Assembly: GCA_046719715.1 (NCBI GenBank)
Contig: JBDNCJ010000004.1
Span: 15,371 to 79,370, forward strand
Length of the DNA: 64,000 nt
Source of the DNA: Chloroherpetonaceae bacterium
GTDB taxonomy: Bacteria > Bacteroidota > Chlorobiia > Chlorobiales > Thermochlorobacteraceae
Direction: 5' to 3'
Part shown: positions 48,701 to 57,668 of the stretch, one piece after another
Numbering within the stretch: the stretch's first letter is position 1
Layout of the letters: the number at the start of each line of letters is the position of its first letter
Made by a program: the position numbers and the translations under genes
Notes under the pieces: model-generated
The model's database searches: none
The model's input: only the letters and a program-made list of their open reading frames with translations
What the model was told of the DNA's origin: nothing

Positions 48701-49713
48701 TGAGATGAAACGCCGGCTTCCTCAAACGACGCCATCTCGCACATGATTTTTGCGGCAGATTCAATCAGGTGCATAGCAAGAGCCGCGCCCGTGCCTTCGC
48801 CAAGACGCATATCCAAATTCAAGATTGGTTTCGCGCCGAGTAGGTTCAAAATTTGCTTGTGAGCCTTCTCGTTGGAGCAGTGTCCCCAAAAGCAGATGTT
48901 TTTAACGTCATTGTTCATTTGAATCGCCGCCAGAGCCGCCGCCGTAGCGATGAAGCCATCAACCACCACAGGAATTTTCTGCTCTGCTGCCTCGAGCAAA
49001 ACGCCTGTCATCGCGACAATTTCAAAGCCACCCACACACGAGAGCCAATGAATGACATCGGCATCTTCACTCTTGTGCTTCTCGACGGCTTCTTTGACGA
49101 CGCGAATTTTTCGCTTGAGCGTTTCATCGCTTGCACCTGTGCCACGCCCGACCGTTTCTTCCGCAGGCAATCCCAACAAGGCTGAACAAATCGCCGATGC
49201 CGACGTCGTATTTCCGATGCCCATTTCGCCGATTCCGAGCAATGATACATTGGCAAATTTCGCCAAGCGCACTTGCTCTCTTCCGGCTTCAATCGCTTTT
49301 GAAAATTCCGAAAACGTCATCGCTGGCTCTTTGAGAAAATTGCGCGTGCCGTATCGCACTTTTCGGTTGAAAAAGAGCCGCGAATCGACATCGCTACCGA
49401 AATCCATTTCGACGCCTACATCAATGACGCACAGTTCAATTCCGCCGTGTCGGGTTAATACATTGATTGCCGCGCCACCGCGTAAAAAATTCAAGACCAT
49501 TTGTCCGGTTACTTCCTTTGGATACGCACTGACGCCTTCATCGGCAATGCCATGCGAAGCGGCAAAAACAAGCAGTCTCTTCGTTGTAATTGCTGGAAAC
49601 AGCGTGTTTTGAATGACACATAACTGCACCGCAATTTCTTCAAGCAACCCGAGCGACCCCAAAGGTTTTGTTTTTTGATTGATTTTTTCTTGTGCGAGTT
49701 TTTGAATGTTCAT
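48697..49713 (-). CDS. cobT: Nicotinate-nucleotide--dimethylbenzimidazole phosphoribosyltransferase
   Basis: 338 aa. KPLGSLGLLEEIA, GEMGIGNTT and LGEGTGAA motifs. Confidence 0.9.
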   Translation of the reverse strand: MNIQKLAQEKINQKTKPLGSLGLLEEIAVQLCVIQNTLFPAITTKRLLVFAASHGIADEGVSAYPKEVTGQMVLNFLRGGAAINVLTRHGGIELCVIDVGVEMDFGSDVDSRLFFNRKVRYGTRNFLKEPAMTFSEFSKAIEAGREQVRLAKFANVSLLGIGEMGIGNTTSASAICSALLGLPAEETVGRGTGASDETLKRKIRVVKEAVEKHKSEDADVIHWLSCVGGFEIVAMTGVLLEAAEQKIPVVVDGFIATAAALAAIQMNNDVKNICFWGHCSNEKAHKQILNLLGAKPILNLDMRLGEGTGAALAMHLIESAAKIMCEMASFEEAGVSSQ

Positions 49714-49782
49714 TGTCTATTTTTTTTGCAAAGTTAATTGACGCTTCGTAATTCGCATTTAACTTTCAAAAAATCTTATCGA

Positions 49783-51534
49783 ATGAACCGCTATTTTTTC
49801 ATTGGTTTTCTTTTTCTCTCTTCTTGCTTTTCAAATGAACCCAAAATGGATTGGACACGCGGCGCAATTTTTTATCAAATCTTCCCTGAACGCTTCTACA
49901 ACGGCAATCCAAACAATGACCCTTCTGCGGACAAATCATTACCTGCCTCCGGAGCGCATCGTTGGACAAGTAATTGGTATGCGCTCTCCGATGAAGAGCA
50001 AAAGCACTCCCCTGACTTCTGGCAAAACATCTACCGACGGCGATATGGCGGCGATTTAGAAGGGATTATCAAAAAGTTAGATTACCTCCAATCGCTTGGC
50101 ATTACAGCCATTTACTTGAACCCGATTTTTGAAGCGCCTTCTTCACACAAATACGATGCCTCATCGCTTCATCATGTCGATGTCAATTTCGGAAATAATC
50201 CCGAACAAGACTTGAAACTTATCGCCGAAGAAGATTTTACAGACCCGCAAACTTGGAAGTGGACAAGCGCCGATTTGCTCTTTCTCAAACTCGTTGAAGA
50301 AGCCCATAAGCGCAATATCCGCATTGTGATTGACGGCGTCTTTAATCACGTTGGCACGAAGTTTCCGCCGTTCCAAGACGTCGTTCAGCACCAGGAACGC
50401 TCGCGCTTTAAGGATTGGTTTGAGATTCTAAGTTTTGAAGATTCAGCCACAGGGAAACAGTTTGACTACAAAGGCTGGTGGGGACACAAGTCGCTTCCCG
50501 AACTCAAACGCGATTCGCTCAAAGGACTTGCCGACGCGCCAAAGCAATACATTTTCGCTATCACGAAACGTTGGACTGCCCCTAACGGCGACCCGTCCAA
50601 AGGCGTTGACGGCTGGCGACTCGATGCTGCCGACGACCTTCCGCACGCGTTTTGGAAAGAGTGGCGAATGTTCGTCAAGTCCGTTAAGCCCAATACTTTT
50701 CTTGTTGGAGAAATCTGGAAAAACGCCAAAGAGTGGATGCAAGGCGATGAATTCGATGCGGTCATGAATTATCAATTCGCCGTTTTCACGCATCAACTTT
50801 TCGTTCAGAAGGTTTTGAGACCTTCGGAGTTCAAACTCAAAATCGAGGAACTGCTTGGCTCTTATCCCGATTCAGCGAACTACACGCTTCTCAATTTGTA
50901 TGATTCGCACGATACGGAACGTCTAACCTCGCGCCTCGTCAATCCAATGAGAAACTACGACCAATACGCAGGGCTTCGCGCCAATAAAGACTATCAACTT
51001 CGTCCGCCGAATGAAGAAGAATATCGGCTTCAAAAACTCTTGATGCTGTTTCAATTTACCTACATCGGTTCGCCGATGCTCTACTACGGCACAGAGGCGG
51101 GAATGTGGGGTGCCGATGACCCCGATTGCCGAAAGCCAATGGTCTGGAAGGAATTTCAGTATGACGATGAAAACGCCGAACTCCTCACGGGCAAATCTGA
51201 ACCGTTCAAAGTCGCCTTCAACGAGCGCGTCTATAACGATTACAAAACGCTGATGGATTTGCACCGCCAATACCCTGCGCTCAAATACGGTGCATTTAAG
51301 TTCTTACTTGCCGACGATGAAAAAAACACAATTGCTTATGAACGCGCTCACGAAAGGGAGCGATTGGTTACAGTTATCAATGCTTCCGACAAAGAGCAAA
51401 AGATTGAACTTGATTTTTCCAACAATTTAACTGACTTACTCACAAAACAGACGATAGAGGCTCGGAACGGCAAAGTGCTTCTGACGCTTGGGGCAAAAAG
51501 CGGCATGCTGTTGCGTGACAGAGGCGAACATTAG
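49783..51534 (+). CDS. GH13 alpha-amylase family lipoprotein (neopullulanase/cyclomaltodextrinase-like)
   Basis: Lipobox FLFLSSC. GH13 regions DGVFNHVG, GWRLDAADD, VGEIW and YDSHDTER. Confidence 0.88.
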   Translation: MNRYFFIGFLFLSSCFSNEPKMDWTRGAIFYQIFPERFYNGNPNNDPSADKSLPASGAHRWTSNWYALSDEEQKHSPDFWQNIYRRRYGGDLEGIIKKLDYLQSLGITAIYLNPIFEAPSSHKYDASSLHHVDVNFGNNPEQDLKLIAEEDFTDPQTWKWTSADLLFLKLVEEAHKRNIRIVIDGVFNHVGTKFPPFQDVVQHQERSRFKDWFEILSFEDSATGKQFDYKGWWGHKSLPELKRDSLKGLADAPKQYIFAITKRWTAPNGDPSKGVDGWRLDAADDLPHAFWKEWRMFVKSVKPNTFLVGEIWKNAKEWMQGDEFDAVMNYQFAVFTHQLFVQKVLRPSEFKLKIEELLGSYPDSANYTLLNLYDSHDTERLTSRLVNPMRNYDQYAGLRANKDYQLRPPNEEEYRLQKLLMLFQFTYIGSPMLYYGTEAGMWGADDPDCRKPMVWKEFQYDDENAELLTGKSEPFKVAFNERVYNDYKTLMDLHRQYPALKYGAFKFLLADDEKNTIAYERAHERERLVTVINASDKEQKIELDFSNNLTDLLTKQTIEARNGKVLLTLGAKSGMLLRDRGEH

Positions 51535-52733
51535 TCCGATTGTTCTCTCGCGTAGCACTTTCCAAGAAAGAGACAGGCCTGTATCTCTAACAGTTTTGAG
51601 CCAATGTCAATACTCATATCCAGACTGATTCGCAAATGCTCAATCGCTTTCGCTATTTTCTTCATTTGAAAATGAACTTTCCCAAGCCCTGCCTGCGCAC
51701 TTGCGATGCCTTCTTTATTTCCTATCTCTTGGCATATTTGAATACACATTTCATAACAAATAAGCGCTTGTTGATATGACGAGAGGTCGGCGTTGACCAT
51801 ACCGATATTATGTTGAGACATCGCCATGCCGAGTTTATCGCCGTTTTGTTGCGAGAGGTAAAGTGCTTTTTGATACGACGCCGTAGCATTGGCGAAGTCT
51901 CTAAGTCGGTAGCATATATTTCCAATGTTATTCAGCAATCTGACCTCTGCAAATTGATTTCCCATTTCTTGCGTGAAGGCTAATGCGTTTTGATATAGCC
52001 TCAAAGCGTTTGAAAAGTCGGTAAGCGTTTCATAGACAATTCCGATGTTGTTAAGTGCAATCGCAATTCCCTCTTTATCACCGATTTCCTCACGAATCAG
52101 AAGGCTTTGTTGATAGCAGTCTAAAGCTTGTGTGTAGTCAGAAAAGTTTGAGTAGATGAGCCCAATGTTGCTGAGCGATATGGCGACTGCATTTTTATCT
52201 CCGAGTTTGCGACGAATAGAAAGACTCTTTTGATGATAGTCAAGTGCTTTATTGTAGTTGCTCTGTTTGTTGAAGATGTTTCCGATGTTGCTCAGCGCGC
52301 CTGCCACGATGCGTTCATCGTTAAGTTCCTGACAAAGCGTGAGGATTTTTTGATAACATTCCAGTGCTTGTTCATAGTCGCCGAGATTTTCAAGTGCAAT
52401 TCCGATTGCGTTTAGCGATTTCGCGGCACCGATTGAGTTGTTGAGCGAGGAATAAAGCGAGAGTGCGAGCCGTGCATCTTCGAGCGCGTGGGTTGCGTCG
52501 CCGAGTCTTCGTAAAAGCAGTGATTTCAAATAGAGGGCTTCGGCACGCATGCTGATTTGGTCGTCCGTCTCATTCGTCAAAGCGATGATTTCCGTGAACA
52601 GTTGAATTGACTCTTTGGGTGCGCTCGCTTGTTTTTCTTTCGCGCTTTCCAACAGCACTTGGATTTGCTCACCGATTGCGAGAAGGCTCTCTTGCGATTT
52701 CTCGGATTTAGGCTTGTTGAACGCATCATTCAT
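51531..52733 (-). CDS. TPR-repeat protein (sensor-array paralog without output domain)
   Basis: 400 aa. Eight 40-aa units of the same LNNIG..Y....DY..AL..YQ.SL.I....GDK.G.A type as the kinases. No HisKA or ATPase domain. ATG overlaps the thioesterase stop (ATGA). Confidence 0.85.
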   Translation of the reverse strand: MNDAFNKPKSEKSQESLLAIGEQIQVLLESAKEKQASAPKESIQLFTEIIALTNETDDQISMRAEALYLKSLLLRRLGDATHALEDARLALSLYSSLNNSIGAAKSLNAIGIALENLGDYEQALECYQKILTLCQELNDERIVAGALSNIGNIFNKQSNYNKALDYHQKSLSIRRKLGDKNAVAISLSNIGLIYSNFSDYTQALDCYQQSLLIREEIGDKEGIAIALNNIGIVYETLTDFSNALRLYQNALAFTQEMGNQFAEVRLLNNIGNICYRLRDFANATASYQKALYLSQQNGDKLGMAMSQHNIGMVNADLSSYQQALICYEMCIQICQEIGNKEGIASAQAGLGKVHFQMKKIAKAIEHLRISLDMSIDIGSKLLEIQACLFLGKCYAREQSD

Positions 52734-53236
52734 TCTTCGTGATAGTCGGGATAAGTTTTGCGCATCTCGTTCTGCCTTTCGCGATAAGCGGCAAGGAGTT
52801 CGCGGCGTACTTTCGCCATCTCGTAGCGTCGCGTTTCGGTCGTGGTTTTCGGCGTAAAAGGCGGAACGGCTTTCGGCTTTCCATTTTCATCGACCGCTAT
52901 CATGGTGAAGTAACTCGTGTTGGTGTGTCGGACGGATTTCATTTGCACGTTTTCAGCAATCACTTTAATTCCGACTTCCATTGAAGTTTTGCCCGTGTAG
53001 TTAATCGATGCAAGAAATGTAACAAGTTCTCCGATTTGAATCGGCTCTTTGAAGAGAACTTGGTCGACGGAGAGCGTAACGACATAACTGCCCGAGTAAC
53101 GCGATGCGCACGCATATGCGACTTGGTCTAAAAGTTTCATAATTGCGCCGCCGTGAACTTTACCCGAAAAGTTCGCCATGTCGGGCGTCATGAGCACCGT
53201 CATAGAAAGTTCGTTGTGATTTTCAAAATTGATCAT
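52730..53236 (-). CDS. Acyl-CoA thioesterase (hotdog fold, YciA-like)
   Basis: MTPDMANFSGKVHGGAIMKLLDQVAYACASRY... Start at the internal ATG 53236 is preferred. Confidence 0.82.
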   Translation of the reverse strand: MINFENHNELSMTVLMTPDMANFSGKVHGGAIMKLLDQVAYACASRYSGSYVVTLSVDQVLFKEPIQIGELVTFLASINYTGKTSMEVGIKVIAENVQMKSVRHTNTSYFTMIAVDENGKPKAVPPFTPKTTTETRRYEMAKVRRELLAAYRERQNEMRKTYPDYHEE

Positions 53237-53514
53237 GTGCCGATGTTGGTTTGTTGTGAAGCAAAAGTTACGCACTGCGCTCAAATCATCTATACCGTGC
53301 TGATAACTTTTAAGTATCAAGACAGAATCAAGCGAGGAATCCTCGCATGTTCTAAGAAAGAGGACTTCTTAACGGCGTTCAGAACGACGCGCAAAGCCGT
53401 CGTTCCTTTGGTCTACATATTATCGCAAAATCTTGAACCGTATCGGAAGTGCAAGAATGATTCGTTTGATTGCTTAACTTTGCAAAAACCATTTGAAGTT
53501 ATCCGTTCTTGAAA

Positions 53515-55080
53515 ATGAACTTTACGCCATCATCGGAAACCGACCTTCTGGCTTTTCTCATCGCACTTGCTTCCCTGATTCTTCTTATCGCCGTTAGTGA
53601 ATCGCTCAAGAAGTTTGCGGGCGTTTCGCCGTCGCACACACGCAAACTTGTGCACATCGCGACGGGCGTCTTTATTTTTTTCGCGCCCTATTTTTTCAAG
53701 GAAAAATTTTACCCTGCACTGATTCCTGCACTGTTTATTCCGTTCAACATTTTCGCGACGCGTTTTGGCTGGCTCTCTTCGCTTCACGAAACTGACGATG
53801 AACGAAGGGAATCAGGTATGTCGCTCAATTATGGGACGGTCTATTTTCCGATTTCGTTTCTTGTGTTGGTGTTGCTGTGCTGGGATTGGAATGTTTGGAT
53901 TTTGCAAACGTCGATGCTTGTGTTGGGTTTAGGCGATGCGGCGGCGGCACTCGTTGGTGAGCGCGTTAAAAATCCGCACCAATACAAGTTCAGCACGGTC
54001 AAATCGCTGGAAGGCTCGCTGGCAATGTTTGTTGTGAGTTTTCTTGTTCTGTATGGCTGTTTGACGTTTTTCAAATCGAGTTCGGCAGTGCTTTCAGAGT
54101 TTAGTAGCACGCCTCTCATCACGCTTGCTTTTGCGCTTGCGCTGATTGCGACGGCGGCGGAGTCGCTGGTTTCAGGTGGGCAGGATAATTTAACCGTTCC
54201 ATTTTCGGTCGCGTTTTTTCTCGCCGTGCTTGAACGCTACGGCGCACCGATGCTCCAACAGATTGTTATTGGCGTTGGCATTTCGTTTATGTTTGCCCGT
54301 CTTTCTTTTGGACTCAAATTTCTCAATGGCAGCGGCTCGGTTTGCACGTTTCTTTTAGCCTCTACGATTTTCAGCATTGGTGGCATTGTTTGGACGGTTC
54401 CGATTCTCACCTTCTTTTTTCTTTCCTCGATTCTTTCCAAAGTCGGCAAGGCGCGCAAGAAAAAATTTGATTTGATTTTTGAGAAAGGCTCACAGCGCGA
54501 TATGGGGCAAGTCATCGCCAATGGTGGCGTGGGCTGGATTTTGATGATTGCTTATCCCTTTCTTCCCAATGAATCGTGGCGCGACCTTTTTTACTTCGGC
54601 TATCTCGGCACGATGGCGGCGGTGCAAGCCGACACTTGGGCGACGGAAATCGGGACGATGATTCGCAATCCAAAGCCAATTTCCATTGTCAACTTCAAAC
54701 CCGTTCCAGCGGGAACATCGGGCGGCATTACGGTGATTGGCACATCAGGGGCGTTGCTGGGTGCGCTTGTGATTGCTTTCAGCGGTTGGCTTTCTAACAC
54801 GACGCTTGTCGACTCCGTTGGCTGGGCGAAGGTTTTAATCGCTGTGAGCCTCGCAGGACTTATTGGCAGTTTGGTTGATAGTTACTTCGGCGGCACATTG
54901 CAAGCGCAGTATTACGACGAGCATCGCGACAAAATCACCGAAAAGACGCATCATCAAAACGAAGACGGCATGCTTATTCCTAACAAGTTAATTAAAGGGA
55001 TTCGCTGGATTGATAACGATTTGGTCAATTTCGTGTGTGGTATCTCGGGTGCGCTCATTGCGATGCTTCTTTTGCCTTGA
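53515..55080 (+). CDS. Fusion membrane protein: phytol/dolichol-kinase-like (CTP-dependent) N-half + DUF92/TMEM19 (VTE6-like) C-half
   Basis: N-half: TRKLVHIATG, LGLGDAAAALVGERV, KSLEGSLAMF. C-half: FFFLSSILSKVGKARKK, QRDMGQVIANGG, AVQADTWATEIGT, GTSGGITVIGTSGALLGA. ATG at 53515 or TTG at 53509. Confidence 0.75.
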   Translation: MNFTPSSETDLLAFLIALASLILLIAVSESLKKFAGVSPSHTRKLVHIATGVFIFFAPYFFKEKFYPALIPALFIPFNIFATRFGWLSSLHETDDERRESGMSLNYGTVYFPISFLVLVLLCWDWNVWILQTSMLVLGLGDAAAALVGERVKNPHQYKFSTVKSLEGSLAMFVVSFLVLYGCLTFFKSSSAVLSEFSSTPLITLAFALALIATAAESLVSGGQDNLTVPFSVAFFLAVLERYGAPMLQQIVIGVGISFMFARLSFGLKFLNGSGSVCTFLLASTIFSIGGIVWTVPILTFFFLSSILSKVGKARKKKFDLIFEKGSQRDMGQVIANGGVGWILMIAYPFLPNESWRDLFYFGYLGTMAAVQADTWATEIGTMIRNPKPISIVNFKPVPAGTSGGITVIGTSGALLGALVIAFSGWLSNTTLVDSVGWAKVLIAVSLAGLIGSLVDSYFGGTLQAQYYDEHRDKITEKTHHQNEDGMLIPNKLIKGIRWIDNDLVNFVCGISGALIAMLLLP

Positions 55081-55093
55081 TTGAGGTCAATCC

Positions 55094-57283
55094 TCATTTT
55101 CTCCAAACGATTTGTCCGTCTCGCTCCGTCGTTTTCAGAATAGGTTGATTTTTAGCAAAGCGATAAAAAAATTTGCGTTCCACTTTGCGCATAAACGGGG
55201 AAAGTTCCACCACCATCAACTTTGGCTGTGCATTTTCAATCCACTTTTCCAATGCCATTTTTTCTTGTGCTCGAAAACGCAAGAGTTTGAGGAAAATTAC
55301 GTTGCTTTTGAAAAATTCACTCTCCGAAACGCCGCTCAAATACTGCGTGCAAACCATCGACGCCTGCTTCGTCCAGATTTTACAATGCTCGACGGACGGA
55401 CGAATCAGCACGACTCCCCTTGTTTTGATTGATTCGCTCCGACTTACTTTCACTTCCATTGGCACATGTTGTGCAACGCTATCGCTCGATGAAAATTGCG
55501 CAAATGCTGTCGGTGTTAAGCCAAAAGCATGAAGTTGCTTTTCAATCCGCAGCCAATCTGACCGCTTCGCACCAGCGTCAATCAAGAGCGTTTCGCCGCC
55601 TGCATTTACGAAGATTGACGTTCCGCCGTAAATGGCATTGAAAACGAATGTCGGTTCGTCTGCTTCGGATTGAAACATCGGAAACCAGACAGCCACATTG
55701 ATTGCAACAAGTGCCACAATCGCCCATTTGGCGCGGGTTTTCGGATTGTTCATTTGAAGCATTGTAAGCACAACGAGATAAAACGCCATCAAGACGGGAA
55801 TTGTCGGCTGAATCGCTACGGAAGCCAGCGAGAGTTGACTAAACCACTTAGCAAAGAATATCGCCCCATGCACAAAGTAGAAAACCGAGACAGCGTAGGG
55901 CATCGCCAGCGATTGAGAGACAAGGTCGAAGAGAATCATCGGAATGGCGGCATAAACCGCAAGGCTCGTGAGCAAGACAACGGGAAGATTTGCGAAGATG
56001 CCGAGAAACGCCGTCGCACCGAAGTAATGGGCAATGAGAGGCGAGACGCCAATCGAGGCGGAAAGCGTCAGCGAAAGCGACTCCCACACATAGTTAGCAA
56101 ATGCCGCAATCGGTTTCAGCCACTTTGTTTGTGTCTCAAATGCGATAAGTTCCGAGAGGCGCGGGTAGATGAGCATAATCGCCGCAACGGCGCCCGTCGT
56201 CAGATGCAAACTTGCACTGAACAGTGCACGCGGCTCGAGCGAGAGAATTACAATCACGCAAAACGCCAATGTGTTGAGCGGATACACCTTGCGTTCAATC
56301 ACTCTTGAATACTCAAACACCAACGCCATGATGACGGCTCTCACGACGGGCGGTGAGTTTCCCGTGATGTTGCTGTAAAATAAGAGCAGTGCCACCTCCA
56401 AGCCGAAGGCAATCCACTTGCCTGTTTTCGTTGTTTTCAATCGCTTAAAAATTAAATCCAACAAGATTACTAACAAGCCAATATGAAGTCCTGAAATCAC
56501 AAGCACATGAATTGTGCCCGTGCGCTGAAAGGCGAGTTTGACTTCATCGCTCACGTCGCTTCGTTCTCCGAGAATTAAGCCTTTGACGAAGTGCTGTTCG
56601 TCGCCGTCGGGAATCAGGGTTTGAATCGTTTGTGAAATTCGCTCGGCGGTCGGAATCGTGATGTGCCGCTCATAGAAAGAGAGATTGATGTTGCCTGTTT
56701 TTCGAATGAGTGAGTCGCTTTGAACGGCGAGGAGCGAGAAGATGTCGCGCTCGGCGAGAAAGTTGCGGTAGTCGAATTCGCCTTTGTTCATGGCTTTCGG
56801 CGGGAGTTTCAATTTGCCCTGTATCCAAATTTCGTCACCGAGTTTGAGCGTGATGTTTAGGTTGCTGTAAAGTCGGACGCGCACGTTGCCGCTGACGCGA
56901 GTTGTGTCGCCGTTGAGCGCGAGTTCTTGGCAGTTGAGCGTCCATTGCGCGGAGCGATTTTTCTCGCTCACTTTTGTCGCAACTGTTCCTTTGAGCCAGA
57001 CAATTTGATTGGCGAACTGCACGATGTCGGTTTGCGGAATGTATTTCGTTTTGAAGTTGCTGTATGCGCAAAACGCCGAGCATGTAAGAAGTATCAGGAG
57101 TGCAAGTTCAACAGCGCGTAACGCCTTATGTTTTTTAGCCGATGCAAGCGCGTGAAATGTCAGAGTAAGAATGAGAAGCGCGAAGGAAACTAAGAGCAGA
57201 ACTTCAAGATACGCAGGAAGACGAGAGCCAATATAAATACCAAGCCCAATGACCAGCAGAATATACAGCGAGGGATAAGCCAT
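55094..57283 (-). CDS. comEC: ComEC/Rec2-family DNA internalisation channel protein
   Basis: 729 aa. N-terminal TM + OB-like region, central multi-TM competence domain (TGTIHVLVISGLHIG), and a C-terminal beta-lactamase-like region lacking the HxHxDH motif. Confidence 0.8.
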   Translation of the reverse strand: MAYPSLYILLVIGLGIYIGSRLPAYLEVLLLVSFALLILTLTFHALASAKKHKALRAVELALLILLTCSAFCAYSNFKTKYIPQTDIVQFANQIVWLKGTVATKVSEKNRSAQWTLNCQELALNGDTTRVSGNVRVRLYSNLNITLKLGDEIWIQGKLKLPPKAMNKGEFDYRNFLAERDIFSLLAVQSDSLIRKTGNINLSFYERHITIPTAERISQTIQTLIPDGDEQHFVKGLILGERSDVSDEVKLAFQRTGTIHVLVISGLHIGLLVILLDLIFKRLKTTKTGKWIAFGLEVALLLFYSNITGNSPPVVRAVIMALVFEYSRVIERKVYPLNTLAFCVIVILSLEPRALFSASLHLTTGAVAAIMLIYPRLSELIAFETQTKWLKPIAAFANYVWESLSLTLSASIGVSPLIAHYFGATAFLGIFANLPVVLLTSLAVYAAIPMILFDLVSQSLAMPYAVSVFYFVHGAIFFAKWFSQLSLASVAIQPTIPVLMAFYLVVLTMLQMNNPKTRAKWAIVALVAINVAVWFPMFQSEADEPTFVFNAIYGGTSIFVNAGGETLLIDAGAKRSDWLRIEKQLHAFGLTPTAFAQFSSSDSVAQHVPMEVKVSRSESIKTRGVVLIRPSVEHCKIWTKQASMVCTQYLSGVSESEFFKSNVIFLKLLRFRAQEKMALEKWIENAQPKLMVVELSPFMRKVERKFFYRFAKNQPILKTTERDGQIVWRK

Positions 57284-57298
57284 TTTCAGGGGAAGGCA

Positions 57299-57520
57299 TT
57301 ACTCAATCCAGATTGACGAAATACCGAACAAGATTGCCGCTACAATCGCACACCAAGAGAGCCGCACAATCAAGCGAATTTGCTTTTCCATGTTTTCAAT
57401 CAACGCATCGCGCTCTCCACGAAGCGATTCATACTCCAAGACGATGGACGCTTTTTTCAGAAAATCTTCCGAGCCTCGTTCTAATTCTTCAGCAGTATAA
57501 TTGGTGCGTGGGTCTTGCAT
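57299..57520 (-). CDS. Small tail-anchored hypothetical protein
   Basis: 73 aa from ATG 57520 (MQDPRTNYTAEELERG...), with a C-terminal TM helix. The longer track start would overlap gcdH. Confidence 0.4.
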   Translation of the reverse strand: MQDPRTNYTAEELERGSEDFLKKASIVLEYESLRGERDALIENMEKQIRLIVRLSWCAIVAAILFGISSIWIE

Positions 57521-57668
57521 AATTGATGTCCTCCAATTCAAATCATAGAGAAATTTTAATGAAGTTACGGTTGCTTTCGCGCTCTTACAAGAGCAGAGGC
57601 TCGGCACCCATCTTGCTCTTTGAAGGGCAAAAGGAATTTTGATGATTCCCTTCGCCCTTCTTGATTTT

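Noticed and set aside
49714-49782. Cobalamin riboswitch upstream of cobT
   Set aside because: Only 69 nt of intergenic space, and no B12-box-like sequence is visible. Too short for the aptamer.
55670-56308. 212-aa plus-strand ORF
   Set aside because: Antisense to comEC, Arg/His/Cys-rich nonsense. Shadow ORF.
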